DNA from: Amoeboaphelidium protococcarum X5
Taxonomy: Eukaryota > Fungi > Aphelidiomycota
Direction of reading: 5' to 3'
DNA: 64,000 nucleotides
Assembly: GCA_023515725.1 (NCBI GenBank)
Contig: JALDTO010000266.1
Coordinates: 62,001 to 126,000, forward strand
Shown here piece by piece: positions 41,670 through 55,912 of this stretch. Position 1 is the stretch's first letter. Each line of letters begins with the position of its first letter. The notes beneath the pieces are model-generated. The model made no database searches. It saw only the letters and a list, made by a program, of their open reading frames with translations, and was not told the origin of the DNA. The translations under genes were made by a program, and so were the position numbers.

Positions 41670-42557
41670 ATGGAAAAGTATCAGAAAGTGGAAAAACTGG
41701 GAGAGGGAACGTATGGCGTGGTGTACAAGGCATAGAATAGAATAACATAGGAGATTGTGGCATTGAAAAGAATACGACTAGACAATGAGGAGGAAGGGAT
41801 TCCATGTACGGCGATAAGAGAAATTGCACTGCTGAAAGAATTGAGACATCCCAATATAGTGCGCCTAATGGATGTTCTGCATACAGAGAAGAAGTTGACC
41901 CTAGTATTTGAGTATCTCGACTCTGACTTGAAAAAGTATTGCGACAGTCACAGCGAACTGGATATGAGCACAGTGAGGATATTGATGCAGTAAATCTTAC
42001 AAGGAATCGCGTATTGTCATCAGAAGCGAATTCTTCATCGAGATCTCAAGCCGTAGAATTTGTTGATCAGCAAAAAGTTGGAGCTTAAATTGGCAGATTT
42101 TGGACTTAGTCGAGCATTCGGAGTCCCTGTGCGATCATACAGTAATGAAGTAGTGACACTTTGGTATCGAGCGCCCGATGTTCTCCTGGGCAACAAGTCG
42201 TATGACACATCTATCGATATATGGTCTATCGGATGTATTATGGGTGAGATGGTGAATAATAGGCCCGTCTTTCCCGGAACTTCTGTGAATGATTAGCTTC
42301 ATAAAATATTTTAGATTTTAGGCTCTCCTAATCAGACCGTGTGGCCTGGGTATGACAAGTTACCAAATGCGGCGAGTATGCTTTAATCTGACACTGAGGA
42401 GATGACGTTGATGCAGTACTAGCGAGAGAATTTGCAGCAAGTATTTCCTCGTATGGATGCTAATGCTCTATCTCTGTTGGAACTGCTATTACAGCTGGAT
42501 CCGCTTAAAAGGATATCTGCTCAAGAAGCATTAGACGCCGATTTTTTTAAACTATGA
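41670..42557 (+). CDS. Cyclin-dependent kinase, CDK5/Pho85-like (PCTAIRE), 295 aa
   Basis: [28 protein letters not shown](TAG=Q)[18 protein letters not shown] 42555. Confidence 0.95.
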
Positions 42558-42789
42558 GTTGTCACACACAAGTCTGTATGATTATATAATAAGTGTTATA
42601 TAATTCTAAATAATATTATACTCTAACTAACCATTCAAATCCTTAAAAAATACTTATCAGGCGAACCGTGTCAACAGCGTCGCGGACCCCTTCATCAACC
42701 GCTAGCACACACACCTCAAACTTCAGAACCTTATAAAGTGGTCAAGACCATCTAACCGATCCTTTGAACTCTTCTATTGTTAGAGCGCA

Positions 42790-44348
42790 TCATTTTTTAC
42801 CGGCGGACTTGTCAAAACTAGTATCCGGAAAGACCACAGTTTGTGGTGGATACCCATTGCGAGATTCTATGTAAGATTTCCAATCGAACGGCTGACCTGG
42901 CGGCTTCCACTGTTCTCTGCTCCATCGACTGGTCTATTTTGATTTGGATTGATGTGATGATTAGCCGAGATCCTAGGCGTTTACTCCTTGTTCCGCCGAA
43001 GGTAGTTGTTATAACGAGGAAGGAGGCGAACTACACGTTGTAACCTGCCCCACTGTATTTGCAACAGCTATTGCAACCATTTCCACTTCAGGACGACTTT
43101 CGTTGTTCAATTTTGGTTTTCCAGAAGGTAAGCAGGTTTCAAACATCGCGCTGATTCCAAACATACAGAGGCCAACAAAGCTCATGACACCAAGTTATAC
43201 GTTACGATACTCATCGCTGATCGACATTCCCATAAGAACCATCATTATCACAAAAAACGCGATACAAAATGCTGACGCTAGCAGACGAAAGGCCATTAAA
43301 AGAGACTTTTTACCCTGGCTGCGCGTTATGCAGGTGGCTATCAGGGATGCAACCCACAGTGAAACCAAGATTATTGTGATCACAAACATTACTTTGATCT
43401 TCATATCAGGATACTTCCATGGATGTGTGAGATACTCCCCGCTGCCTTCCTCGGGCACTTTCACGAATTCCATCAGCTTGCGACTCTATTGGAGGCATCC
43501 CTGCATGAAATCTCCCTAGCCACTCATAAACTAAACCATATGTCTTGCTCCAGCGAGGGGATCTTGTTCTTGCATCTTCAGTATTTAGAGAACTTCCTGC
43601 CCCTATTTAGCATTGCCAGTAGTTTTGTGCAAGAATTACGTGAGCATTTATGGCACCTGCTGCAAGTCCAGTCCTTGTTTCATCTTGCTCACCATAGCAG
43701 TAGACTACTTTGCCATCTGAGGAGCTTTCTCAATCAGATACTGAATAGGATCATCCAGACTAAAAGGTGTACGTTTCATAGTGTAAGTAGCAATTTGCTT
43801 TATAGCAGACAGCAGTCCGTGATCGCCACCCGTCATATCACTCATCATCTGGTCAAACTAAGCTGCACCACCATGTCCGTGCATCTTATCACCGCCATTA
43901 GCTAGATGTTGATGAGCAGAATTCATGAAAGCACCCATGCGCATCGCGTGAATGGTAGGATTCAAGCAGTTCTACCAAAAGATCAACCACATGAAAGAAA
44001 ATGATTAAGCTTAACTCATTGCGTTTATTATCTATTAGATGCACAAAATTAATTGTTTTTAATGAGTAAAATAAAAGGTAAAACTCACCGAATATACTTC
44101 TGTATAGGTCCATCCAGCACGTTTGACATCAGGGATACTTTGATTGGCTGCCTTGAAACATGATGGTTACATTAAGTTCACTCGTGTTGCAATGCATTCT
44201 ATACTAAATGAAAATTAAATCAAAATATATACGTACTTCCGGTAAGTGTAAGAATATGAATACGCTTGGCTTGATCTTAACTCACAGTCATAGGCGTAGG
44301 CAAAACAAGCGGCACGTAATGAGATAACGCGTATCGAGTCAAGTACAT
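42790..44348 (-). CDS. Hypothetical membrane protein (3 TM helices, 2 probable introns; start uncertain)
   Basis: Long open frame at about 44030-42790 containing three hydrophobic helices. GT-AG introns near 44032-44088 and 44200-44236. Confidence 0.55.
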
Positions 44349-44570
44349 TACAAGCACCAAAGGCCGATCATTACATAACCAGAATTCACACACTTCGCCT
44401 AGTGCTTTCGCAACTTTATATTTTTTTGTAAATTGTCGCTACAAAATTTTAAAAGCGAATAAACAGATTCATATCAAAAAAAATTTGTTACTGATCCCCA
44501 AAATCTAGACCCAAAAAGCAAACAACTGATTTTAGATATTGTAAGAGATACGTTGATGATCGGTATATAC

Positions 44571-45638
44571 TCATTTTCGTTAATTATACAATTCCCCTTG
44601 CATGGTCCAGTATCGCGATCTGATAAAATCAACTGAAGCCAACTAGGAGCATAGAGTCTGTGGATCCTGTTACGCGTCACGATGAAAGTCGAGTAGAAAT
44701 TCCAACAGCTGTGAGCTCTTAACATTGCCCTGAGTGTAGAGAGAGGTACATAACGGCAGAACTTTGTCTTTAAGGATCGACGATTTCTTATCCAGTACGG
44801 CTCGTAGATAGCTCCATGAACTCTCGTTACCAGGAGACAGTCTAATATTTTCCATGCAATACTCCACTTACTCTTCGATAGTCATACCAACATACTTGTT
44901 GCTCTTTCTCTAATCAGCAATATGATAATTTACAAACCATAAGTGATTCCAAGCAGAGTTATTTTTCACATCCAATTCGATGAGCTACTTGCAATAATTG
45001 ATCTCTACATCTACAATATCTCTACCAATTGCACCATCATCCTGGTCATCATGGGGAATGTATAGAGTCAAAAAGTATTGCCTATAAGACCAAGCATGAT
45101 AATTTTTGGCATCAAGCTCTAGAATCTAAGAGACATACGCCAACTCTGTCTACATCCAATCCAATAATTTCGATTGAGTATTGGACACATTATTATCACC
45201 AGATCTATTAACAGAATTCCTGAGTATAATGTCAATCAAAAACTATCGATGATGCCACAATTGATAATTCTTTTTATTCTCTGCAAGAAATAAGTTCAGC
45301 CATTATAGTTCATCATCAATCACTTTCAAATTATCAACCTAGGAGTTACCGCCTGCTACAACTTCAATACTTGAGTTCAGCAAAATCTTTTATCTGTAAT
45401 TCCAAACTGAGTAATGAGCAGGATTCAGAGCAATAATAGAAGTGGTGAGATTTAATGCACGGGAGCTCAACTCATTGCGCATAACCACAAACTTGAACAG
45501 ATCCATACACTTTACATACTCTTCAGGATACGCAATCGGGCAAAACTCAACCACACCATCCTTCTTCAACTCTCTCTCTTTATACAGTTTGCGGATAAAC
45601 TCTTGCGCATCACTTCCCCATTCTTCATCCATTCTCAT
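44571..45638 (-). CDS. RAM2: Protein farnesyl/geranylgeranyltransferase type-I alpha subunit
   Basis: PIAYPEEY, LNPAHYSVWNYR, KNYQLWHHR, DAKNYHAWSYRQ, KNNSAWNH, PGNESSWSYLR, DFIRSRYW. Confidence 0.92.
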
Positions 45639-45778
45639 ACCGCTTTCACTTATATTGTTAGCAGGTTTAAAATAGTCTGATTATGCACTATCTGTGTTAG
45701 AGGAAGAAAAAGTTATAGAAGAGACAAAGTAGAAAGGAAGAAGACGCGTCTGAAACTCGATAAAATCGCGTCATTCGT

Positions 45779-45797
45779 GAGAGAGAGAGAGAGAGAG
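45779..45797. repeat. (GA)n microsatellite in the RAM2/MIC19 divergent promoter
   Basis: Run of about nine GA units. Confidence 0.8.
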
Positions 45798-46018
45798 TGC
45801 GCGAGAGAAGAGAAAACTCCCAGCTTAACGGCAGCAGAGCAAATAAGAGACGACAGAGAGTAAAGCGTTTCCTTTCGCTGTTGAATTCAGATTGAAAAAG
45901 TTCAACATATTGCTGCTTAGCATCTGACAGATTCGCTTGAGTAACTTTAGTCTTCTCCTTTACAAATAGCTCTATTGCGGCATTTAAAAGTAGAATTATT
46001 GATCACTTGGTATTTTAA

Positions 46019-46645
46019 ATGGGAGTTTAAAATTCTAAAGATTAGGAACCGTACACGTTCTATCCTCCTAATGACAGGAGCGGTGCGCCTATTGATCATT
46101 ACTCTGTGCGCATGTCATAGACTCTGGTGGACAAGTTGGAGTCTAGGATGTAGGTGCCATCATCTGGTGATAAGGGGAATTCTCAACAGTTCTAAGGTGG
46201 TGTTGCATCATCGGAATCTCAACAAGAATCGCAGAATGCATCGTCGTAATCATCATCTTCTTCTTCTTCGGTATATAAAAGTACAAATGGCGGCGAAAAG
46301 ATGTACAGTCAGTAGGAAGTTGATTAGATCGTGAACGCCAAGTTGAAGAGCTATAGGCGTAATTCTGAAGGTGTGCACTCGAGCGATCTCATGCATAAAG
46401 CTGATCGTCTTATTGATTAGTAGGAGAAATTGAAAGCACATACAGGTGGTGGTGATGTTAAGATGCAGAACAAGTTACAGGCTGCTGTGGATGCAAGGGA
46501 GCAGGTTAAAGAGTGTTTTGCTCAACATTCAGGCCAAGTTTTGCATTGTGCTGATCAAGTTGAGTAGTTTACTCGGCTAACTAATGAGCTATACACACCA
46601 ACATCACCATCATCATCTTTGATGTTATAATTGTAGATTCTATGA
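46019..46645 (+). CDS. MIC19: MICOS subunit Mic19-like protein, 208 aa
   Basis: MGVQNSK myristoylation-type start, VRMSQTLVDKLE, C-terminal CX10C (AREQVKECFAQHSGQVLHCADQVEQF). Missing from the track because of TAR codons. Confidence 0.72.
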
Positions 46646-47327
46646 ATATCTCATTTACTCTCTTAAGTTTTAATTTGAGGATTTACATTCCCGAACCGGT
46701 AATCTTTGGGGCTTCAGAAATAGATATCGCTGTTTGCTTCATCTAGTTGTCGTTGCTAGGACCGAGAAAACGGTGAGGGTCTGCTGTCTTTTTATACGTT
46801 CGACACTTTTAATTAATAGAACTCACTTAGGAAATGATTCGTGTGCTTCCATCAAACAATGCGTTGGACGTTTCCGTGTTTTGAACTTGTCTGTTACCTG
46901 TTATATTCGTTCCATAAAGTTTTCTTTGCTTCATTTTGTCTTGTCATGCCACAGTATAATGTGCCTTATCGCAGTTTTCTTTGTTTTGACTGCGTGTGCA
47001 TTGTTTATCTTCTTTACCAATGATATGTTCTTTACAGAGACATTAGATTTTTGATGCCTTATACGCGGCTGGCGTCATTGATGCCCGACCAATGACCGGA
47101 AGTTTCGTTTCCATGAGAGAACAGCTGGACACCACGACTGCGATTTAATGACTTATTCAGAGGTATAGTACCGAGCTAACTTTAGGTCGGTAGTACCTCA
47201 GTTTAAAAATGTTCTCTTTTGAAGTTGATTAAACAGTTCGATTGAAATGCGTGTGACTTGGTTGCGATATTAAAGAAGGTCAAATAGAATGTAAACTAAT
47301 AAAACTAATATTTTAATGTGCATCTGT

Positions 47328-48836
47328 TCATCCTCTCTTAATACCAATCTTACTCAGACCAAAGTCGATCAACCAAACCTTGATTTCTTTATCCAATAAA
47401 ACATTGTTCGATTTAATATCGCCATGAACAACACCAAATTACTCTATACGCCCCAAAATATCGTCCAGCTAAGGCTTGACTTCTTGAGGCTCAACATGGT
47501 CACCATCAATCAATTGCATCCCCATGACATTAAAGCCGTCCACTTCTCAATGAAAGTACAGCTCTGGAATACAATCACCATGCAACTCTTTTAGAACGTC
47601 ATAGACTTGTAATTCATTCTTCCTCATTTTACGACCAACGTGGTTCTTAGTATCACAAATCTTAACCGCCATGTCAAAGCCGTCAACATTCCGCTTATAT
47701 ACAAATCCGCATTTCCCGCCGCCAATGGGAATGGCACGATCTAAGCTAGATATACTAAAGCCAGCAGGTAAACTGCTTATAGCACTTGATCGAATATTAT
47801 ATGGATGATACGATGAGCGTACAGAGAACGACTTTCGAGGAGATGAGGGGGTAGACTCAGGCGATGGGCTCCGATGAGTGCTTAGCTTCCATCAGCGACA
47901 ACAAATAACAAAAGCCGCGAAGAACAGATTAGCAATCATATGCCTCTGATATAAAAAGTGATCCAGCCTGAGGACGATAAAGAAACCAAGTTCTTTCATA
48001 AGTAGTCAGAGCTGCATAGCGGAGATTGTTGACACATAAATAAGTGTATACTCGAGTTATGTCGTCAAAGATACTCTTCCCAGCTCTTCGTGAGCCCTCT
48101 CCACGTTCATAATCCGCGTCAGCATGCCACCAATCTATCAAACTCTCTCCAACAGGTGGTGTGGGTAAATCCCAAATAGTCTTCACTTCAACGAAGGAAT
48201 AAGGACTGTTCGTCTTATCTAAATTTTCTTTACAAGCAATATAATCTGGTACACCTTTAAATTCCGGCATTTGGTTAGCAGTGAACTTTATGTCAGATCC
48301 AACATCCTTGAGAAAAAAGTTCATCATGCGTATAATGTTACTATGAACATAATGGTCAACGATTTTCTCCGCTTATATCGGCTCTTCGACAGAGTGAAAA
48401 CTCCGGCGATCAACAACCAAATTCTCAGGATATTAAAACTAATCAACCTAAACAGAGAAATCAGACCACAATTACACTTCCTAAGGAATTCTAGGATTGG
48501 CTCTTGAAGTACCAGATCTATTAGCAGGTCTTTCGTCATAAGTCACAGGCGGCAACGCGAGATTAAGAAAGTCATTCGCGGTGAACGGAGGAGGAGCAGA
48601 TGCAGAGGCTGCCACACCAGATCCAAGAATGTTCAACTAGTCCATCAAATCAATTTCATTATTCCTTAAATTATTGATCATATCGGTATGCGGCTACAAC
48701 AGTATAAAATACTGCTGTTTTCATCCTCACCGACTAAATCCCTCACCATCTACTAAGCACGAACAAACTTCTTTTCAGCCTCAACGATTTCCAGACGCAC
48801 GGTGGCCAACTTCTTTTCAATTTGTTATTTGTTCAT
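47328..48836 (-). pseudogene. Crinkler-like REase-fold + protein kinase gene, disrupted
   Basis: PDY..FVEVK..VYTYL..YAALTTYERTWF followed by [27 protein letters not shown]. In-frame TGAs and frameshifts. Confidence 0.72.
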
Positions 48837-50201
48837 CAGCTTCTTCGAGTAAGTAAATAATGGTTAGGTAGCAAAGTATTAATCTGGAAGATTATTTTAT
48901 ACCGTACGCAATATAATAAATCAACTAATGAAAAATGTAAATGAAATAAAAAAAGGAATTTCAACTCTGAAACCAGATTTCAACAGATCTGATTCGAATG
49001 AATGCCTTCCGGCCAATCATCATGCGTTAATCACGCGACTCCCTTTTCATCCAATCTGGAGGGGAGTAAGTCACCCCCTTGTGGTCAAGACTCAGACGCG
49101 TCAGAGCCGTGCCTGATGCTGGCCTAAAACCTATTGCACACGATATATTTTATTAGTTTCATCTATCGTTTTGATTTCAATTTTATTATACCCAATCCGT
49201 TATAAAAACCGTGGGAAAATGTTGTGTGAAGGAGCATAAGTAGGGCCTCCTAGTACTATGAACAAACTATTTTCTTGAAGATATAAAAGCCTTGATGATA
49301 GACGCTGCTTCAATACTTTTTTAGTTTCATCAAGTATTTTCAGTTCTGTGGTGATTTATTCTTACACCAGAAGGATGAGTGTTATATTGATCACATTTTT
49401 TTATTAGCCCGTTTGTATTACAAACTGTAAAGAATGATCTATGAGGTAGTAGCAATTTCTGACTTGGGCTAAAACAAGTAAAGGACCTGTCAAAGGAGTC
49501 ACGAGCAGGATTGGTGGTAAATCAACTGGATGTGAATGTGGCGCGAAATGAGAAATAATGACACATCTACTGCAGGATTGTTCTTTGTATCAAGACCGGC
49601 CAACAGCCCTTTAATGGTGTAGTAAGTGTGAACTTTCCGCAACATTGCAATATAAAGAAGTTTGTGGGAGAATCGTCCAATTCATGTCGGAGATAAGTCG
49701 ATTTGATAACTGAGAAGACGAGAGTAACGGTGATCAAACTCTATAGATAATATTTCTTCTGAATGAAATTAATTCTGGAGAGTTAACGCAATTAGTTACA
49801 AGCTGTGACGCGAATTAGAGACTTAATAGTATAAATAGAGAGTTTTTAAACACGAAACCCCTGTCCAAAGTGATCAGTAATTTGAGCTTAAGTCACATGA
49901 GCTGGGGTCCCAATTCAAAAATAAAAGTCTCGTAAGACTTTATTCAGTATTATTATCAATTCCATTGATAAGTAATTTGACTCCACAATGGTGCTGAAAC
50001 TGTTGGGTTTATGTTCTGTCGCTAACCTTAACCGTCGCCTTGGATAAGGAGAAATTTGGGCTCGGAATATCCGACTCTAGTCAAATGAGAAGAAGAAGAA
50101 AAATTCAAAAAATTCATGGCCCCTGAGCCTTTTCGCATGACATTAAAGATTGATATAAATTTGAAAATTATAAGTTTCAAGTACTAAAAGCAATGAACTT
50201 A

Positions 50202-53200
50202 TCAGAAAATTACTGTAAAGTATTTATACTTGTCCTTGATTCTCTTCTGCAAAGAATTCATCTTCCTCTTATCTTCTTCAGTCGGAGCCTTTTGCGTTAA
50301 AGGACACACAACATTATTCAAATGACTATTCTGCAATGTATACTTGGATTCTCCTGGCAATTTCATCTTCTAAACCTTCTTATAGGCAGAGCAAATGTGC
50401 ATAGATGGATTCAAAATAATCCGAACAATTTCTCGATGTTCCAAGTCGACTATAGATGAGCTCGAAGTCTAAACCGCCTTTGGCTGAGGAAGATGCAAAC
50501 CCATTCTCAGCTTTGACTGACTGTCGAATTTATTACCAGTCTTCTAGTTGATGAAAACAGATGGTAGTTGCAACTACTTTCGCAAACTCTTTATACTTTC
50601 TCTATGATCCATCAGAATATTATTCGCCATAAATCTCTACTTAAGAGCTTACTAGAATGCTATAAATTGACTTGCGGACTTGAGACTAAATTTCTTCAGT
50701 ACGTTATCAGCATTCGATTCCTGATCGAGCATCTGATAAATGCGCGCATTCCATACATCAGCCAGCGAACTAGCGTCGATTTTAACCAAATCGTTTTTGC
50801 TACTTGATATAAATGAGCCTAATACACCTATGAACAACGCAATTTCTTCGTCTGAGCAAAAATTACGAGGCACACAAAATTTTCCAGGTATCTTGCACTT
50901 AGGATAAGCATTGTAGCCAAGACTGCTATTCACAAAGAGGTTCATAACTTAAGAGTCGGCCAAAACCTATGCACATCCACTAATTGCTGATGAAATAGGA
51001 ACTAAGTCATTGGAAATATCACCAGAGTCAGTTTCAATAAGAATCGATTACTCTTCATAAGTATCACCAGATGTTCCAGCGGATGAAAGCAACTACTACT
51101 ATTTGAGATAAGAGTCAGCGCCGAACAACTCCAAATCACTGCAGTCATTCTTCAAGTTCCAAAAAACCTCTGGCACTATATTAGACTAAAAGCTAGTCTA
51201 ATTATTCACATATAACTGAGATAGCTTCGCAATAGTCATGATGTCAAAACTATAGACATTGGATTCTTAGTAAATCGAAGCCTACTTTGTGTTCCATCTC
51301 AATGCAAATTCCATATACAAATATTAAGCTAACTCTACAGACATAGAAGATGCATTAATCGCTCCACCACTAATTCGGTGAAAGCCTTCTTACCCGCTTG
51401 TCCCTCGCACATTACGATAATGATTCAGTTCGGAGTTAGAAGAATTAATGTCAACATACATGACCATACCAGGGATATCAGATAGACACCCATTTCGAAC
51501 GTGCACCATGTTGCGACCATGCTGAGCTTCCATATCAGCAGTAATGAAAGCAGGACACATCTCCTTGAATGAGCAGAAAACTTTGTTCAACCTGTCCGCA
51601 AGCTCATTAGGCGGAGGAACAGAGCGGCGAACGCAACCTCTCTGAATATACTATCGATACATCCATACGACATCGTACTCCTTACACCTTTCTTAATTAG
51701 ATAACACTTGATTTTTTCAACATCTTCCTCATTATTAACAAAGATCGCGTCACTTATACATGCCATAAATAGAGGATATATGCAATGATGCTTAGAGACA
51801 GGATATCTGTCAATAAAATGGAATGTATCAAGTTTTATTCGACTAATCGAAGCGCCCGAGGATGTATCAGGTGCGATTGACTGCGAAGGGACAGAGAACA
51901 AAATTTACTCTTGAAGCTGAGACGACTTGACGTAATAATCATAAAGCAGAAAAGAGGCAAATGCATCCTCTACCGCGTACTAAACTTGAGAAGCGGACAA
52001 CTTAGACACTCCCCAATTCAAGTGAGACTCTCCTTACAATAATTCTACCTTCAGATGACTGCGGACAATCGAGCCTAAGTCCATTTTCACTCTTGGCAAA
52101 GCTTTATCCCTAGGCTGTTCAGATTAGAAGGCGTCGCGCAAATCATGGATATTCGATACAGATACCCCGAACTGATTCAATAGTCTTGTGCAATCACCTT
52201 TAATGTTATTACCAACTTTGGTTATGTTTGAGTCATTAAGAAATGCCACGAGAGCAGAGGGAAACCCCGAGAAATGGCACAGTTGAATTACCAAACAGAC
52301 GCTCAAATTACAGATTTATACAACTTAAACCTTAGGCGGGGAGACGCTTAAAGTGTTGCTCTTGGTCCACTCGGCAGCGAAACCAACGTAGGGAGAGCGA
52401 CTAACTGCTTCCAGCATTTTAGACAGGATTTATACATTATTACAAAGAACGACTTCTCCGGTAAACTTTAATCTCATAGAGAGAGAAGGAGTTTAAGAAT
52501 CACAACTGGTAGCCAATTTCGGGAACACCGTTTTAAGAAATGGACCATCAGTACAACAATTGTCAATAGTAAACGCAGACGGCCCATCTAATCCTCGGTC
52601 AGCGTACCGCTAATTTATTCTCAAAAGTTGTGGTCTAATTTCTTTCAACGACTTGCTCTGAGTATAGTAAGAACCTACAATCATCTTGTTCTCATTCATT
52701 ACTGTATACATCGCTTCGAACACCTTTTACGGTTACTGAGTGATAAGCTTAGCGGCCGCAATGGTGTGATCTGCAGACAACACGTCCCCAGTGACCTGCA
52801 TTAGAGAGAGGACTTTATAATCATATGACTCTTTCGACCTTACTTTAAATCCTTTATCAGAACTTCTGTTGTGGGAATCTGAGCCTACCACGTCGAACCA
52901 CCACCAGCAAAGATGCTAAAAGGACGGATTTACTTCGGCTAAGCAAAGAACTTATGAATACCTAAATTACCTTTTCGAACACAGAAGTCATTGTATTCTA
53001 GAACCTTTCTCCTATAATATGCATTATTAATTTCTTTATACATCGCAACAATTTGAGAGAATGAAATGGAATCAACCGCACAGCGCTAGACCAAATCGCT
53101 CAAAACGGAATCTAAGCACGTCTTAGGATAAACTGCGACAGGCAGTTGACTCTATATGAAATCCGGCAGCTAACTCAAGCATCTAAAATCGTAACCGCAG

Positions 53201-54527
53201 ACCTATTTACCACAATTTTTATTGTTGCACTGATAACGAAGGCAAATGATATTATACTCACGCCCAAGAGAAGAAACTCTACGAGGTCCACTATCATTCC
53301 AGCCAACTCTAGTGAGGAAGCCTTTAACATCCCTGCAGTCTGAACAGGGCATATGTTTCACAAAATCATTGAACCACAACTCTGGAATCCAAAATATAGT
53401 AGTAACTCTGCACCAATTTACGGGATTCTAATCTCCAGCCATAACAAGATTAGGAGGATCATCGTGTATGTTAGTCCATGTTACCTTTCCTCTAGGCTTA
53501 CATGCGCAAGAACCACCTTTTTTAAAGTCGCACATGACGTTGTGACCACTTACACCATACATCATCAAATCAATCTCTTCGACATATCTTGCAAGCCATC
53601 TATACTTGTCATCATTCAACCATCTTAAATTTCCTCTGTACGTCTGATGCTCCTGAGAAGTTAGTCCAGACGCAAATGCAGAAGTAATAGTACCAGCAGA
53701 TGATGAAATGGGAGTAGCATTTATGTTTTCAAACACAGATTCATGCGCAGTCACAGAGACTGTGTTAAGAAACACACCTTGATCATAATCAACCTAACTA
53801 TCAACATGCAAAAGTTGTTGAGTTGATGTAACACAACCTGAATAAGGGTGACCTGCATTCAAAAACGCAGACTGGTTCAGATTTACTCCAGTATTAATCA
53901 ATACAGATGCTTCATTTCGCTTAGCAGCAGTGTTAATAAACACTTCACCATTTGGTTGTGACAGCTTAACAGCAGCATTTAACATTGCACCACCTACTTG
54001 AATATTCGCATTCGTGTTAATAAACACATATTCCTTGCTTCCAACAAAGTTTGAATCGTCAGCCACATACTAATCAGCTACAGAAGACCGAGTGCTGAAA
54101 ATCACTATTTATGAGGGAACATCGGATTAGGCAAAATCTCGTGGTGAACCATTCGGCGCTTTGTGAGAGCTAGCCATAAGAAAATCTTACTACGCATTAT
54201 TACCTGCTATCACCATGTCCACAGAATCATCGTCATCACTATATATCACGATGAAAGAAGATTGGCTTACATTACTTGATTATAAAGTTTATTTTAAGGC
54301 AGGCTTAGAAGTAATCAACTGCGATTGCTACTTAAACAGTTGATCGATTTTACCCTAACCTTTTGCTTTACAAATAGTCTAATGATAGTATTTATTCTTG
54401 AACTTCATCACTTCATTGCAGTTAGTCATGTCCATTTTCTGTCAGAATCTGATGAGATATTGCCTTCAAGCGTCCTTTTGTTAACTCCAGGCTTAACGAG
54501 TGGACGTTTAAGATCTTTACCAGACAT
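50202..54527 (-). mobile_element. DUF6729-type MULE-like DDE transposase pseudogene with embedded DEDDy 3'-5' exonuclease domain
   Basis: FWIPE..CSDC..GPRRV..YQC..LSQLP, then LSADHT, VMNE, IDNCC, exonuclease (VGFAAEW, VGNNIKGD, QYAVEDA), KLDTFH, GCLSD, RGTSGQEGFH. Frameshifts near 54430, 52850 and 51685. Element ends not found. Confidence 0.72.
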
Positions 54528-55912
54528 TTTTCGTGAAGCTTACAGTTCTTTAAACTCAAAAAAATGGGCTAAACAAGTAACAATAAAGACTGTTAAGTAG
54601 AAGAACGATGAGCAAATGGAAATTTCTTACCTTTAGTTATCTTAAACAAGGGGCCCGTTTTAAATGTTAAGACACATTTCATGTCGCGCAGTTTATTCCT
54701 CGCGCGTGTTTGACTGTTTTTCTGACTCGGATTCGCAATCTCTGAATTCTGCCTTGAGTGATCCGAGTCATTCCGAAATTGGCTGCGCCACTTTGTTGAT
54801 AAATAGAGCTCAGCCACACGGCACGTATACTGACTTTTATCTCTTCTGTTTTGCTTATTCTAACAGAAACTACACGTATTCATCGCCTTATTACTAAGAG
54901 TGTTACTGTCGTGATCAAACCAGATTACCAAGTCCTGGTTCTTGGGTTAATCATCTAATCAAGAGGTTAAAACGTATAGTAACACCCCGCCTTTTCTATT
55001 CTAAAGTTTTGATCAGATATTATCAAATGTAGATCAGTCACTTAGTTTTCTTTTACTGGTTTATTAATTGCTGATAATATCATAGTCACATCAACGCATT
55101 GAAATTAATAAGATTGATAAATTGTTGGAGCTTGCCTCAATAATGACGTCGTTTTTTATTTGAGCGTTTGCTCAGAATTGCGGCCGCGAAAATATGTTGA
55201 TGTACAGTATATCATGATAAAGTCAAGGGGAGAGGGAAATATGACAGCGTAGAAGGACGGAAGAAGTCATCGGAGAGAACGATTAGTGGTGAATAATCAG
55301 TATTGTGTTTGAAGAAAACGGAGAAGAAGCTCTTAAAGTCTGATTCGCATTGGTTTGATGGCATGTTTTCGAGCTGACGCTGATGATTACTAAAATCATG
55401 GCAAAGGGTGGATTCATTTTGTAGAGCTGAATTTGACCAGCAGCGTTTGTTCTCTGCCACGCCCTTGCGACCACTGTTGATTTCGGTTAAAACAGTAAAT
55501 GTCTGATGATCAGTTTTGTGGAGCGGCCTATAATAAACTTAAGTGATTTCCGACAACGCAACCGAATCTTACTCAAATTCTGATAAATTTTAATCGGATG
55601 TTAAGATTGTGAGAGTTTAAAAATGGAATGGACAAAAGATATGCAGTCTTGTGACATTTAGTCTATTTAAATGCAAGTAGTACGAATCTTTCGGACTCTT
55701 AATTTTGAAGCTGTAAATAAATCCTCCATTTATGCCTGTAACGCGCCTGACTTGGTTAAGTTACACTGTCAAGATCATCAAATCCTCACAACGGTTACAT
55801 TTATAGAAATTCTGGCTACCCAGATCGCGCTTATCCCCATTGCGTGTTTGTTTCAGCTCCGTTAAAAGTATAGACGATGCAGGAGGTCACTCAATAGATA
55901 TATTTAGCACAA

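Noticed and set aside
49200-49800. Possible further transposase remnant (C...HSHP-like motif, minus strand)
   Set aside because: Too degenerate, with stops, to support a call.
49850-54830. Terminal inverted repeats for the DUF6729 transposase element
   Set aside because: No convincing TIR or TSD pair by eye; only a local hairpin (TGACTCGGAT...ATCCGAGTCA, about 54723-54770).
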